Below, piece after piece: positions 8,705 to 18,854 of a stretch of 64,000 nt of DNA (position 1 is the stretch's first letter; each line of letters starts with the position of its first letter). A program made the translations under genes and the position numbers. The notes beneath the pieces were generated by a model. It worked only from the letters and a program-made list of their open reading frames with translations, was not told the origin of the DNA and searched no databases. Origin of the DNA: Vulcanimicrobiales bacterium (GTDB taxonomy: Bacteria; Vulcanimicrobiota; Vulcanimicrobiia; Vulcanimicrobiales; Vulcanimicrobiaceae); NCBI GenBank assembly GCA_038231455.1, contig JBBRLI010000002.1, forward strand, positions 32,001 through 96,000, read 5' to 3'.

Positions 8705-9420
8705 GTCACCCGGTCTCGATTTGGGTGTATCTGAGCGCGTCACCGCTTCTGGGTCTCGCGCTTACGCTCGTGGTCTACGCTGCAGCCGACGTCCTTGCGA
8801 AACGGTTCGGCTCACCCGCCCTGCTCAATCCGGTGCTGCTTGCAATCGTCACGATCGTCATCGTCCTCAAACTTACAAATACGCCGTACGAGCGCTACTT
8901 TGAGGGCGGTCAATTCGTCCATTTCTTGCTCGGACCGGCGACCGTGGCGCTTGCGATCCCGCTCTACCGGAATCTTGCGCTGATCCGAAAATCCGCGCTT
9001 GCGATCATCGTCGCGATCGTTATCGGCTCGGTGACGGCGGCGGTGAGCGGTGCGCTCATCGCGCGCGCTCTTGGCGCACCGCCGATCGTCGTGCATTCGC
9101 TCATTCCAAAAGCGGTCACAACGCCGATCGCGATGGGAATGAGCCAACAGATGGGCGGTCTGCCTTCGCTCACCGCTGCGCTCGTTATCCTCAGCGGCAT
9201 CACGGGTGCGATCTTTGCAACCGTACTCTGGCCGACGGGCGGGCAACCCGACTACGCTTCGCGCGGAGTTGCGATCGGCACCGCAGCGCATGGAATCGGC
9301 ACGGCTCGCGCTTTGATCATCGATCCGACCATGGGAGCATTCGCGGGCCTGGCGATGGGGCTCAATGCGCTGGTTTCATCGCTCCTGGTCCCGATCGTCG
9401 TTGCGCTTTTACGGCTGTAA
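8701..9420 (+). CDS. lrgB: LrgB/CidB family membrane protein
   Basis: LLGPATVALAIPLY, PKAVTTPIAM, GTAAHGIGTARA; ATGA overlap with cidA. Confidence 0.93.
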   Translation: MSHPVSIWVYLSASPLLGLALTLVVYAAADVLAKRFGSPALLNPVLLAIVTIVIVLKLTNTPYERYFEGGQFVHFLLGPATVALAIPLYRNLALIRKSALAIIVAIVIGSVTAAVSGALIARALGAPPIVVHSLIPKAVTTPIAMGMSQQMGGLPSLTAALVILSGITGAIFATVLWPTGGQPDYASRGVAIGTAAHGIGTARALIIDPTMGAFAGLAMGLNALVSSLLVPIVVALLRL

Positions 9421-11158
9421 TATAGGCGTTGACATTGCGCTCGAGGATGTCGAGCGGTACGGCGCCTTGCGCGAGTACGACGTCGTGGAAGTCGCGGATA
9501 TCGTACTGACTGCCGAGTTCGTCCTGCGCCTTTTTGCGTAAGCGCAGAATCGTCAGTTGGCCGATCTTGTAGGCAAGCGCCTGACCGGGTCCGCCGATGT
9601 AGCGGTCGATTTCATTTGTGACATCGAGTTTGGTCTTGGGCGCGTTATCGAGGAAATAGTCGATTGCTTCTTGGCGCGACATCCCGAAGGCGTGCATGCC
9701 GGTATCGACGACCAGACGTACCGCACGCCACATTTCATATGTCAGTGCGCCGAACTTGTCGTACGGATCATCATACATGCCCATGTCGTTGCCGAGCGAC
9801 TCGGCATAAAGACCCCAGCCTTCGGTGTATGCGGTATACGCAAGCGAGGCACGGCGAAAATCGGGAATCGCGCCGAGTTCATGCGCGTATGCAATTTGCA
9901 AGTGGTGGCCCGGCACCGACTCGTGCAGCGTGAGGGGTACCATCTCCCAGATCGGGCGTAGCTCGGGCTTATAGAGGTTCACGTAATAGGTGCCCGCCCG
10001 CGTGCCGTCTTGGGCGCCCGGCTGATAGTAGGCAGTGGTTGTATCGGGGGCGACGGAATCGGGGATCGGCAGTACGCCATACGGCTCGCGCGGCAGCTTC
10101 TTGAAAACTTTGACCAAGTTTGGATCGACGCGCTTGGCCAGCGCCCGGTACGCCGTGAGCAGCTGCTGCGGATCGGTGTAGTGGAATTTGGGATCCTCGC
10201 GCAGATAGGTAAAGAACTCGTGCAGCGTTCCGCGGTAGCCGATCTGCACGAGCAGCGCTTCCATCGCGGTGCGAATGCGCTTGACTTCGCGCAGGCCGAG
10301 GTCGTGAATCTCCTGGGGACTCATGTTCGTTGTCGTGTGCTTGCGCACGAGCGAGGCGTACCACGCCGCGCCGTCGGGTTGGGCGCTCGCCGCAATGGTC
10401 GGCGGGCACGCCGGGAGATACGTGTCGATGAAGAACGCGCGAAACGTTTTGTAACGCGGGATGACATGTTGTGCGATCAGGTCGCGCGCGGTCGTCTGCA
10501 AACGCGTGCGGTTTGCGGCGTCGATCGCCGCCGGGACGTGCAAGAACGGCTTATAAAACGCACTCGCGGTCGGATCGTCAACGATCGCGCGGTCGAGTTG
10601 CGCCGGAACGCGTTCCATGAGGATGTGGGGCGGCAGCACGTGGGCCGCCATGCCCGCGCGCATCAGGGTCGTCGTTTGATCGGCGCGCGTCTCGAAGGCA
10701 CGGATACGTGCCAGCCAATCCTCATAATTTTTGAGCGTCGTGAACGGGAGCAGTTCGGCGATATCGGCCGCCGATTGTAGACCGCCGCTCGAAGCGATCG
10801 GCGTTAGCCAGCGGCGGAAGCGGTATTCGTCGACCGATGTTTCGTAGTCGCGTTGGAAGAGTTCGTAATTGAGTTTGTCCGCAACAGAAAGCTGAGCGAG
10901 CGGAATCGCTTGAAGCTCGGCGAGCACGCCGAGATCGTAGCGATGGCCTTTCTCGATCCCCGCAAGAGAACGGTCGTCCCAGCGGTCCTGGTAGCGCGAA
11001 TCGCCGAGGAACGCCGCGAGCTCCGGACTTTGCTCTTTGCGGGCTTCCCGGTCGCGCGCGAGCAGCGCGTTGAGCCGAGCTCCGGGACTCAGCGGAGCAG
11101 CGGAAGCGATGCTTCCGCAGGCAAGAACGAACGCAAAAAAAGCGGCCACGATACGCAT
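9362..11158 (-). CDS. Secreted DUF885 family protein (zincin-like metallopeptidase motif)
   Basis: Signal peptide; HESVPGHHLQ, EGWGLYAE, RLVVDTGMH, PGQALAYKIG. Confidence 0.9.
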   Translation of the reverse strand: MRIVAAFFAFVLACGSIASAAPLSPGARLNALLARDREARKEQSPELAAFLGDSRYQDRWDDRSLAGIEKGHRYDLGVLAELQAIPLAQLSVADKLNYELFQRDYETSVDEYRFRRWLTPIASSGGLQSAADIAELLPFTTLKNYEDWLARIRAFETRADQTTTLMRAGMAAHVLPPHILMERVPAQLDRAIVDDPTASAFYKPFLHVPAAIDAANRTRLQTTARDLIAQHVIPRYKTFRAFFIDTYLPACPPTIAASAQPDGAAWYASLVRKHTTTNMSPQEIHDLGLREVKRIRTAMEALLVQIGYRGTLHEFFTYLREDPKFHYTDPQQLLTAYRALAKRVDPNLVKVFKKLPREPYGVLPIPDSVAPDTTTAYYQPGAQDGTRAGTYYVNLYKPELRPIWEMVPLTLHESVPGHHLQIAYAHELGAIPDFRRASLAYTAYTEGWGLYAESLGNDMGMYDDPYDKFGALTYEMWRAVRLVVDTGMHAFGMSRQEAIDYFLDNAPKTKLDVTNEIDRYIGGPGQALAYKIGQLTILRLRKKAQDELGSQYDIRDFHDVVLAQGAVPLDILERNVNAYITAVKAQRRSGPGAMKPAH

Positions 11159-11194
11159 CGTGGCCGCTTCAACGAGGAGGGTCGCTTGCCTCTG

Positions 11195-12061
11195 CTACGC
11201 AGCCGGCTCTTGGCGCTGCGGCGTGAGCGTCAGTCGCGCGATCATCGCGGGGGTGGGCAGCTTGACGTCTTTTGCGAGCTTCATCCATGCGAGCACGCGA
11301 ATCATCGCGTAGGTTACGTCGATCTCGAACCACTGCATGCCGTGCTTGGCCGAGAACGGGAAGGCGTGGTGGTTATTGTGCCAGCCTTCGCCCCACGCGA
11401 GTAGCGCGACCCACCAATTGTTGGTCGACCGATCGCCCGTGCGGAACGATTGGTAACCGACGTGGTGCGCCGCCGAGTTAACGAGCCACGTGATGTGGTA
11501 CGTCGCAACGATGCGCACGAAGATGCCCCAGATGACCCAGGACCAGCCGCCGAAGTAAAAGAGCACCGCGCCAAGGACGATCGTCCAGAGCAGGTACGTC
11601 TTTTCGATGAAACGATAGAACGGATCTGCCGCAAGATCCGGCGCGTAGCGTTCTTGCTCGGCGGGCGAGAGGCGTGATTCATTGAAGCGGTAGAGCCAAT
11701 CCATGTGGCTCCAGCGCAGGCCGCGATGCACGTCATGCGGATCGCCTTCGCGGTCGGTATGCGCGTGATGCGCGCGGTGCGTGCCGATCCATTCGATCGG
11801 GCCGCCCTGCAGCGCCAGCGTTCCAAGAATCGCGGCGAAATATTCGACCGGTTTGACGACTTTGAGGCTGCGATGCGTCAGCAGGCGGTGAAAGCCAAAG
11901 GTGATACCGATGGCGCCCGTCGCGTAATAAAGCGCGAAGGCGACTGCAACACCCGACCAGGAGAACATCGCGGGCCAGAATGCGAGGAGTGCGACGAGAT
12001 GGATTGCGGCGAGCGCGATGCCCGTTACGATTCCGCTCGTACGTTTGGAGAGTGCCGTCAT
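11195..12061 (-). CDS. Delta-9 type fatty acid (acyl-lipid/acyl-CoA) desaturase
   Basis: Three His boxes HRLLTH, HRAHH and HNNHH, with TM segments. Confidence 0.93.
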   Translation of the reverse strand: MTALSKRTSGIVTGIALAAIHLVALLAFWPAMFSWSGVAVAFALYYATGAIGITFGFHRLLTHRSLKVVKPVEYFAAILGTLALQGGPIEWIGTHRAHHAHTDREGDPHDVHRGLRWSHMDWLYRFNESRLSPAEQERYAPDLAADPFYRFIEKTYLLWTIVLGAVLFYFGGWSWVIWGIFVRIVATYHITWLVNSAAHHVGYQSFRTGDRSTNNWWVALLAWGEGWHNNHHAFPFSAKHGMQWFEIDVTYAMIRVLAWMKLAKDVKLPTPAMIARLTLTPQRQEPAA

Positions 12062-12135
12062 AACTTTCCGAGAATGCGACCGGCTCGCCTCAATACCTCC
12101 TGCAGGAATGCAAAACTTCGGGTCGGTCTTGGCTG

Positions 12136-13575
12136 TTACTTGAGGGGGAACCCGACCGCATCGGGCCGCGGAGCAAGCTCCACCCGCTCGTGGGCGTAGT
12201 CGAGATAGACGGTAAAGCGCTCGAGGAGTTTTGCCCCCAAATGACCGCGCTCTCGGAGCGTGCGCGTAACGACCGCCGCCACGCTCTCAAAATGAAACGG
12301 ACCCACTTCGACGCCGTGCAGCGTCCCGGAGAAGCGGTCGGTCGCTGCGCCGATTCCCTGGGTCATTCCACGAGATTCGACGGTGAACAGATTTGGACGC
12401 GTGCGAAAGTATGCGTAGCCAAGGTCGATCGCGGCATCATCGCCCGTATCGAGTTCGAGCGACGTGCGCTCGCCCGCTAATTCCACTTCGACGTACGGTC
12501 GCAAATTGCGGAACGCGATTGGAATCGTCTTTTTCACCGGACCTTGCGCGGGTGCAAAGGCGATCGTGCGACGGCCATAGTCGATCGTCGCGCCTAACGC
12601 GGCAAGAGCATCGCCGCCGACGATGATGTCCGCCGCGCGAAAGTCCGGCAGCACGATGAAGCGCGCATCGCGGATTCGCGCGCCGGGAAGCACGAGCGGG
12701 CCGGAGTGGACAAGACCGCTTACGTAGAGTCCGAGGCCCGCGACATCGATCTCGCCTTCGGGTTCGAGATGCAGACGCTCGGCGGCCGCAAGGCTGATCG
12801 CCATGCCGACGGTCCCCGTATCGAGGATGCAACTGAAATCGATTCCGGCCAGGCTACAACGAAACGTCGGCGTCGGCGTCGACGCCGAAAGCGCGGCGGC
12901 CGCAGCCGGTGCCTCCTCAAGTGTGAGTCCCCGCGGCGCTTCCAGCGGCGCGCTGGCGCGCGTCACGCGGTCGTAGGTGATCCGTTCGGGCCCAATCGCG
13001 CGCTCGAATGCAAACGCGATTCCGTCGACGGGGCGATAATCGTGGTACGAAACGAGCCGCCCTTCGCCGTCGTCGATGTGTGTAAGCCGCCCGCTGCGCG
13101 TGTCGATCTCGGCGATGAGCGTACGACCGCCGGACGCGGTCACGCGATAGCGCGTGACCGGTTCTTCGGATGTCGGTTCGAGGGCGACAGTTCCGCCGGA
13201 GCGCGCGAACGCCGGTTCGGCGAACGCGAGCGAATCGATCGCGCGCAACGTGCGCGTCGTTGCGTTGTCGGCCTCATCCTCGGGGAACGCAGCATCGTTA
13301 TAGCTGAGCGAAAACGTGCGCGAGCCATCAAAATAGCTGCCGCGACAGACGTGATGCTGACAGCGATGCGCGAGTCGATGCATCCCTTGCGTGTCCACGG
13401 TGTCGACGTAGGTGCGGCGCTCGATTGTTTGCGTGCGCTGCGCGATGAAATGTTCGCGCGCGGGATGTCCCGCTTGCGCTGCGAGTTGGGCAAGGCGCGC
13501 CTCAAGACCGGCGGGTGCGACGCCGAGTAAAGTGAGGAGCAGGGGGCCAACGATAAGGCGGGACGCGAATCCCAT
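12136..13575 (-). CDS. Secreted aspartyl protease with two retropepsin-like domains
   Basis: Signal peptide MGFASRLIVGPLLLTLLG; two DTG motifs (ILDTGT, ELDTGD) with GGD/LG partner motifs. Confidence 0.75.
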   Translation of the reverse strand: MGFASRLIVGPLLLTLLGVAPAGLEARLAQLAAQAGHPAREHFIAQRTQTIERRTYVDTVDTQGMHRLAHRCQHHVCRGSYFDGSRTFSLSYNDAAFPEDEADNATTRTLRAIDSLAFAEPAFARSGGTVALEPTSEEPVTRYRVTASGGRTLIAEIDTRSGRLTHIDDGEGRLVSYHDYRPVDGIAFAFERAIGPERITYDRVTRASAPLEAPRGLTLEEAPAAAAALSASTPTPTFRCSLAGIDFSCILDTGTVGMAISLAAAERLHLEPEGEIDVAGLGLYVSGLVHSGPLVLPGARIRDARFIVLPDFRAADIIVGGDALAALGATIDYGRRTIAFAPAQGPVKKTIPIAFRNLRPYVEVELAGERTSLELDTGDDAAIDLGYAYFRTRPNLFTVESRGMTQGIGAATDRFSGTLHGVEVGPFHFESVAAVVTRTLRERGHLGAKLLERFTVYLDYAHERVELAPRPDAVGFPLK

Positions 13576-13579
13576 CGAT

Positions 13580-13966
13580 ATGGAGTTCCATGCAATCGAC
13601 ACGTACCTTCTCGACGGCACGCCGGCAAAAGCCGCGGCGATCGATGCTGCGCTCGCAAAACCCATCGACGATCCGCGCGCCGCACCATTTTATCGTGCGC
13701 TCCATGCCGTCGGCGCACGCGCGGCCGACGAGGCCTTAGTCGCCTTGCGGCTCGTACTCGCGGGCAAAGATCCGCACGACGATGCGATCCGGCGTATGCG
13801 GGCGCTCGCGGCACTCGTACGCGCTGCGCACGCCGGCGACACACGTGCAATCGCGGCGACATTTACCAAAGACGGCGAAGCGATTGGGGATTTGGCCGCG
13901 CTCAAAGACGACTCCCAGGTGCTGCTCGGTGCCGCCCGCGAGGCGTACGTCGCCGGCCTGAGTTAG
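13580..13966 (+). CDS. Hypothetical protein (Ala-rich, helical)
   Basis: MEFHAIDTYLLDGT...; fills the gap between the protease and the reductase. Confidence 0.6.
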   Translation: MEFHAIDTYLLDGTPAKAAAIDAALAKPIDDPRAAPFYRALHAVGARAADEALVALRLVLAGKDPHDDAIRRMRALAALVRAAHAGDTRAIAATFTKDGEAIGDLAALKDDSQVLLGAAREAYVAGLS

Positions 13967-14814
13967 CCCACGCCTCGATAATAGGCCAGGCGGCGCGCTC
14001 CCGGCGCAACCCGCGCCTCGAGCGCGCGACGCTGGGTCTCACCCATCGCGACGTTGGCTCGGGCAATCGCGGCGTTTTGCGCTACGTGTTCGGGCGAATC
14101 TGCTCCGACGACGAGTGTGTCGACGTCGGCTGCGAGGGCGTAACGAAGCGCCTCGTCGGCCGTGATATCCGTCGCTTGAAAAAGCAGGCCATGTGCGTAG
14201 ACTTTCATCCCGATTACGGCCATGCCGCGCGCTCGCGCCGCCGGAACTACGCTGTGCTCGAAGCCGTCGCGCAGTGCGCCGTCGGCCGGGTTGATCGGAA
14301 GGAGAACCGCATCGAAGGCGACGCGCTCGAGCGCGGCCCGCAGCACGGCGGGATCGTGGTGCCCGGTGACGCCGATAAAGCGCACGAGTCCGCGCGCTTT
14401 GGCATCGACCAGTGCTGCGTAGGCGCCGCCGGGATCGTCGAGACCCTCGACATCGCCCGGTTCGCGGATGTCGTGGAATTGCCACAAATCCAAGTAGTCA
14501 AGCCGCATCGTCCGCAGGCTGGTTTCGAGCATCGCACGGGCGCCGGCGTAACTGCGATCGTGGACTTTGGTCGCAACGAACACGTCGGCGCGGGGGCCAA
14601 GCCGAGCGCCACCGTAGTATCCCTCACTGCCGTTATAAGCTCGCGCCGACTCCACATAGGTAATACCCGCGTCGCGCGCCGCTTCGATGACGGCGTGCGC
14701 CTCGGTTTCTCGACCGAACGTTCGAAGAACACCCTCACCGCCAAGACCCAGCGCCGAGACGCGCGGACCGCCGTTTCCAAAGGATCTTGTCGGCAGCGCC
14801 GTTTTATGGAACAC
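13963..14814 (-). CDS. Aldo/keto reductase
   Basis: VSALGLGG, ESARAY, VFVATK, DYLDLWQFH, FIGVTGH. Confidence 0.9.
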   Translation of the reverse strand: MFHKTALPTRSFGNGGPRVSALGLGGEGVLRTFGRETEAHAVIEAARDAGITYVESARAYNGSEGYYGGARLGPRADVFVATKVHDRSYAGARAMLETSLRTMRLDYLDLWQFHDIREPGDVEGLDDPGGAYAALVDAKARGLVRFIGVTGHHDPAVLRAALERVAFDAVLLPINPADGALRDGFEHSVVPAARARGMAVIGMKVYAHGLLFQATDITADEALRYALAADVDTLVVGADSPEHVAQNAAIARANVAMGETQRRALEARVAPGARRLAYYRGVG

Positions 14815-14845
14815 CGGTCTTCACTCCATGCGTTATAGAGTAGGT

Positions 14846-15205
14846 ATGTTGCGCCGTACGACGATCCTCGCCATCACGCTTGCTCTGGCCGCCTTCGGGC
14901 CGGTCGCGGTCTTTGCCGCGCCCTCCTCTCCCTCTCCTGCGCCAAGTGCCAGCGCCGAGGCGGCGCATCACGACGCGGGTCGCGTGAGCGGCACGATCAC
15001 GGGCGTCGATTACCAAAACGCGGTCATCACGGTGAATACGGCCGGGCGCGGGAAAATCGATATCGCCGTGCTTCCCTCGACCCAGATTCAAGGGAAAGAT
15101 AGCGGTTATCACGCGATCAGCGACCTGAAGCCCGGCACGCGCGTCGATGTCGACATGAGCGAGTCCGGCGGCCGCTACACCGCCCAGATCATCAAAATCA
15201 AATAA
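14846..15205 (+). CDS. Small secreted OB-fold-like (DUF5666-like) protein
   Basis: Signal peptide, Pro/Ser linker, then SGTITGVD...ISDLKPGTRVDV pattern. Confidence 0.65.
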   Translation: MLRRTTILAITLALAAFGPVAVFAAPSSPSPAPSASAEAAHHDAGRVSGTITGVDYQNAVITVNTAGRGKIDIAVLPSTQIQGKDSGYHAISDLKPGTRVDVDMSESGGRYTAQIIKIK

Positions 15206-15240
15206 CGTAACTCCGACCGCGCGCGCGGGTAGGTGGGCTT

Positions 15241-16209
15241 ATGAAACACGTTCTTGGTCTGGCGATCGGGGCTCTGCTTGTTGTCGCTGCAGCAACTCCC
15301 GCTTTGGCTGCGACGAGCGAAGTCAGCATTGCTACTCCGACCGGCACGGTCTACGGTTCGCTGAATATTCCCGACGGCGCGAAAGGTCCGATGCCCGTAG
15401 CGCTGATCATCGCCGGATCAGGCCCAACCGATCGCGACGGGAATAGCCGGTTAGGCGTCACGGCCGCGACGTATCGACTCCTTGCCGAAGCGCTCGCCGC
15501 TCGCGGTATCGCCACGCTTCGCTATGACAAACGCGGTATTGCCGCGAGCGCCGCGTCGTTGCCAAAGCCCGCAAGCGACCTCGCGTTCACCGATTACGTC
15601 GATGATGCCGTCGCGTTTGCGAAACAATTACATGGTGACAAGCGCTTCTCGCGCGTGGCGCTCGTCGGCCACAGCGAAGGCTCACTCATCGCGCTCCTCG
15701 CTGCGAACCGCACGAATGTCGACGCCGTCGTCTCCATTGCGGGTTCGGGGCGCCCGCTTGGAGATGTGATCGTCGCGCAGATCGCCGCTTCCGGCGCCGC
15801 CGCACAACCGCTTATCGTGTCGGCCGAAGCGGCTATCGCCTCCCTTAAAGCGGGCAAGGCGCCGACCGATGTGCCGCCTGCGCTTCAACCACTCTTCCCG
15901 GCGTATCTCACCAAGTTTTACACGCAGTTCTTGAATGCGGATCCGGTCGCCGCCGCGCACGCGCTCACCGTCCCCCTCGCGATCGTCCAGGGTCAACGAG
16001 ACTTCCAGGTCTCCGAACAAGATGCACGCCTACTCAAAGCTGCCGATCTTAAAGCCGTTCTTACGCTCGTCCCGAACATGACGCACATCCTCAAGGATGC
16101 CGTCGACGACACGCGCGGGTCGAGCTTCGCGACGTATGCCGATTCGGCGTCGCCGATCGATCCGCTCGCGGTCGACGCTATCGCAAGCGGGATCGTCGCA
16201 AAGCGCTAG
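15241..16209 (+). CDS. Secreted alpha/beta hydrolase
   Basis: Signal peptide; IAGSGPTDRDGN, YDKRG, GHSEG, QGQRDFQV, MTHILK. Confidence 0.88.
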   Translation: MKHVLGLAIGALLVVAAATPALAATSEVSIATPTGTVYGSLNIPDGAKGPMPVALIIAGSGPTDRDGNSRLGVTAATYRLLAEALAARGIATLRYDKRGIAASAASLPKPASDLAFTDYVDDAVAFAKQLHGDKRFSRVALVGHSEGSLIALLAANRTNVDAVVSIAGSGRPLGDVIVAQIAASGAAAQPLIVSAEAAIASLKAGKAPTDVPPALQPLFPAYLTKFYTQFLNADPVAAAHALTVPLAIVQGQRDFQVSEQDARLLKAADLKAVLTLVPNMTHILKDAVDDTRGSSFATYADSASPIDPLAVDAIASGIVAKR

Positions 16210-16218
16210 CGCGGGACT

Positions 16219-16241
16219 GCTCTTGGCGCGTAGCCAAGAGC
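16219..16241. promoter_or_regulatory. Perfect 9-bp inverted repeat (operator or hairpin) directly before the recycling operon
   Basis: GCTCTTGGC-GCGTA-GCCAAGAGC, ending 5 nt before ATG 16247. Confidence 0.45.
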
Positions 16242-16246
16242 CCAGG

Positions 16247-17302
16247 ATGACTCGTCTTGCGCTCGTCGGCGTCACGAAGACGTTCGGGCGCACGGTCGCC
16301 TTACGCGACGTCGATCTCGCTGTTGCGGCGGGCGAACTCGTCGCCGTTCTTGGTCCGTCCGGCTCGGGAAAGACGACTTTGCTGCGCGCAATCGCCGGCC
16401 TGGACGTGCTCGATGCCGGAACCGTCGCCTTCGACGGTGATGACGTCACGCGGCGCGATGCTCGTGCGCGCAACGTCGGCATGGTCTTTCAAGACTTCGC
16501 CCTTTTTCCGCACTTGAGCGTGCGCGAGAATATCGCGTTTGGACTGCGCGCGCGACACGTGGCCGGGCGTGATGCGCTCGTCCTCGCTGCCGCGCGGCAA
16601 GCCCGCATCGAACCGTTGCTCGATCGCAAGCCGGCGACGCTCTCGGGCGGTGAGAAACAGCGCGTCGCGATCGCCCGCGCGCTTGCATGCGCGCCGGTTG
16701 CCTATCTCTTCGATGAGCCGTTCGCCTCACTCGATACGCCGCTGCGCGCGACGCTGCGCGTCGAGTTTGCCGAACTGCGCGCACAGCTCGATGCGGCAAT
16801 GCTTTTCGTCACCCACGATCAAAGCGAAGCGCTCGCACTTGGCGACCGCATCGCCGTCATGCGCGGGGGGGCGATCGAGCAAATCGGCACCGCGGATGAG
16901 TTGCTCGCCGCACCCGCCACGCGTTTTGTTGCCGAGTTCGTCGGTTTGCCGCCGCGCTCCGTGATCGACGGCGTCATGGTGCGCGGCGCGTTTTTCGCGC
17001 ACGACTGCGAACTCGCGCGGGTCGACGTGTCCGACGGTCCGGCCGCACTTGCGATTCCGCCGGAAGCCTTCGAACTGCGCGCGGGGGGACGTCTCAGCGG
17101 GACGGTGCGGTTGATCGAAACGATCGGTGCGGGAAAGTACGCTAGCATACTGATCGGGAGCCAGACACTCGTCGTCGCGCTCGGCGAGCATATCCCGCGC
17201 GCCGGAGAACGCGTGGGCGTCGATGTACGTGCGGCGTTTTCCAACGCCTGGCTCTTCGATGCTGCCGGGCGCCGCATTGCGGAGGCCTCGCGTGCCGCCT
17301 GA
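16247..17302 (+). CDS. MalK-family sugar ABC transporter ATP-binding protein
   Basis: GPSGSGKT, LSGGEKQRVA, FDEP, VTHDQ; C-terminal TOBE-like region. Confidence 0.92.
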   Translation: MTRLALVGVTKTFGRTVALRDVDLAVAAGELVAVLGPSGSGKTTLLRAIAGLDVLDAGTVAFDGDDVTRRDARARNVGMVFQDFALFPHLSVRENIAFGLRARHVAGRDALVLAAARQARIEPLLDRKPATLSGGEKQRVAIARALACAPVAYLFDEPFASLDTPLRATLRVEFAELRAQLDAAMLFVTHDQSEALALGDRIAVMRGGAIEQIGTADELLAAPATRFVAEFVGLPPRSVIDGVMVRGAFFAHDCELARVDVSDGPAALAIPPEAFELRAGGRLSGTVRLIETIGAGKYASILIGSQTLVVALGEHIPRAGERVGVDVRAAFSNAWLFDAAGRRIAEASRAA

Positions 17303-18854
17303 TCTTGCAGCCCTCGCGAGTAGCGTTCTTTGTGTCGGTTTCGAAGGCACGACGCCCGAGACTGCACCGCTCGCCGAACTGCGGCAACTCAAACCCGGTG
17401 CGGTGATTCTCTTTGCGCGCAACGTCGGTACGGCCGAGGAGCTACGCGCACTCGTGGCCGCGCTCCGCGCGATCGACGAAGTTCCACCACTGATCGCGAT
17501 CGATCAGGAGGGCGGCCGCGTCGCGCGGATCCGCGTGGACGTCGCAGAGATACCCGCGATGATGGCACTCGGTGCCACGCACGACCCGGAACTTGCCGAG
17601 CGCGCGGGCGCGCTCGTTGGTGCGGATTTGCGTTCGTTTGGAATCACGCTTGATTTTGCCCCCTGCGGCGATCTTGCGCGCGAGGCGCAGAATACCGTGA
17701 TCGGCGCGCGTTCGTTTGGCGAACGGCCCGCAGCGGTTGCCGCGATGGCAAGCGCCTTTGCGCGCGGGCTCGAATCACAGGGCGTCGCGGCCACGATCAA
17801 GCATTTCCCCGGCCACGGTGCGACGGTCACCGATTCGCATCTCGATTTGCCGCGCATCACGCTCGATGCAGCGACGTTACGCGCAAACGATCTCGTTCCG
17901 TTCGCGGCAGCGATTCGCTCGCGCGCCGTGTCGTGCGTGATGAGCGCTCATATCGTCGTTGAGGCCTTCGATGCGACTCGCCCCGCGACGCTCTCACGAG
18001 TCGTGCTCACGGATCTTCTGCGGCACGAACTCGCCTTTACCGGCGTGGCCTTTACCGATTGTCTCGAGATGGATGCGATCGCCCGCGGCGTTGGTACCGT
18101 AAGCGGTGTCGTCGCGGCGCTCGCGGCGGGAGCCGATTGTGCGGTCGTATCGCATCATCTCGCGCTCGCGCAAGAAAGCGCCGCGGCAATCGTGGCAGCC
18201 ATTGAAGACGGTCGATTGACGGAGCAACGCTTACACGAAGCCGCTGCGCGCATCGCTGCCTTGCGCGCAAAACTCGCGGTAGCCGGTGATTCGTACCCGG
18301 CGGTCGATCGCGAAGCCGGCCTCGCGGTCGCGCGTGCGGCGGTCACGGTCGAGGGGACGATCTCACTCGATCCGGCGCATTCGGTCACCGTCATTTCTTT
18401 TGAAGGCGAAACCTACGAAGGCGCCGCGGGCAAACATCACGACCACGCTTCGCTCAACGCAGCGCTGCGCGCGCGCCGAATATCCGCGGAAATCATGCGC
18501 GTACCGCTCGCGCCGGATGCCGATGATATCGACCTCTTACTGTCGCTCATCGATGCACAGCGTCGTCTTGCGCCACGGGCATTTGTTGTGATGATGCGGC
18601 GCGCGCATCTTCATCCGTTACAGGCCGCGGCCGTGCGCGCGATTCTCGCGCGGGTGCCGGAGTCGATCGTCGTCTCTGCGCGCGAACCGTACGACCTCGC
18701 CGTTGCGTGGTCGGCGAAGGCAAAGAACACGGCCTGTATTTATGGGGACGAGCGCGTGAGCATCGAGGGGCTTGCCGATGTGATGACGGGCCGTGCCGTC
18801 GCTTGCGGTCGCCTACCGGTGAGCGTACGCGCGGAGGAGTCGATTGTTCGCTGA
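17292..18854 (+). CDS. nagZ: Beta-N-acetylhexosaminidase (GH3)
   Basis: DQEGGRV and the KHFPGHGATVTDSH NagZ signature; SD GGAGG at 17281 then GTG 17292. Confidence 0.92.
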   Translation: MPPDLAALASSVLCVGFEGTTPETAPLAELRQLKPGAVILFARNVGTAEELRALVAALRAIDEVPPLIAIDQEGGRVARIRVDVAEIPAMMALGATHDPELAERAGALVGADLRSFGITLDFAPCGDLAREAQNTVIGARSFGERPAAVAAMASAFARGLESQGVAATIKHFPGHGATVTDSHLDLPRITLDAATLRANDLVPFAAAIRSRAVSCVMSAHIVVEAFDATRPATLSRVVLTDLLRHELAFTGVAFTDCLEMDAIARGVGTVSGVVAALAAGADCAVVSHHLALAQESAAAIVAAIEDGRLTEQRLHEAAARIAALRAKLAVAGDSYPAVDREAGLAVARAAVTVEGTISLDPAHSVTVISFEGETYEGAAGKHHDHASLNAALRARRISAEIMRVPLAPDADDIDLLLSLIDAQRRLAPRAFVVMMRRAHLHPLQAAAVRAILARVPESIVVSAREPYDLAVAWSAKAKNTACIYGDERVSIEGLADVMTGRAVACGRLPVSVRAEESIVR

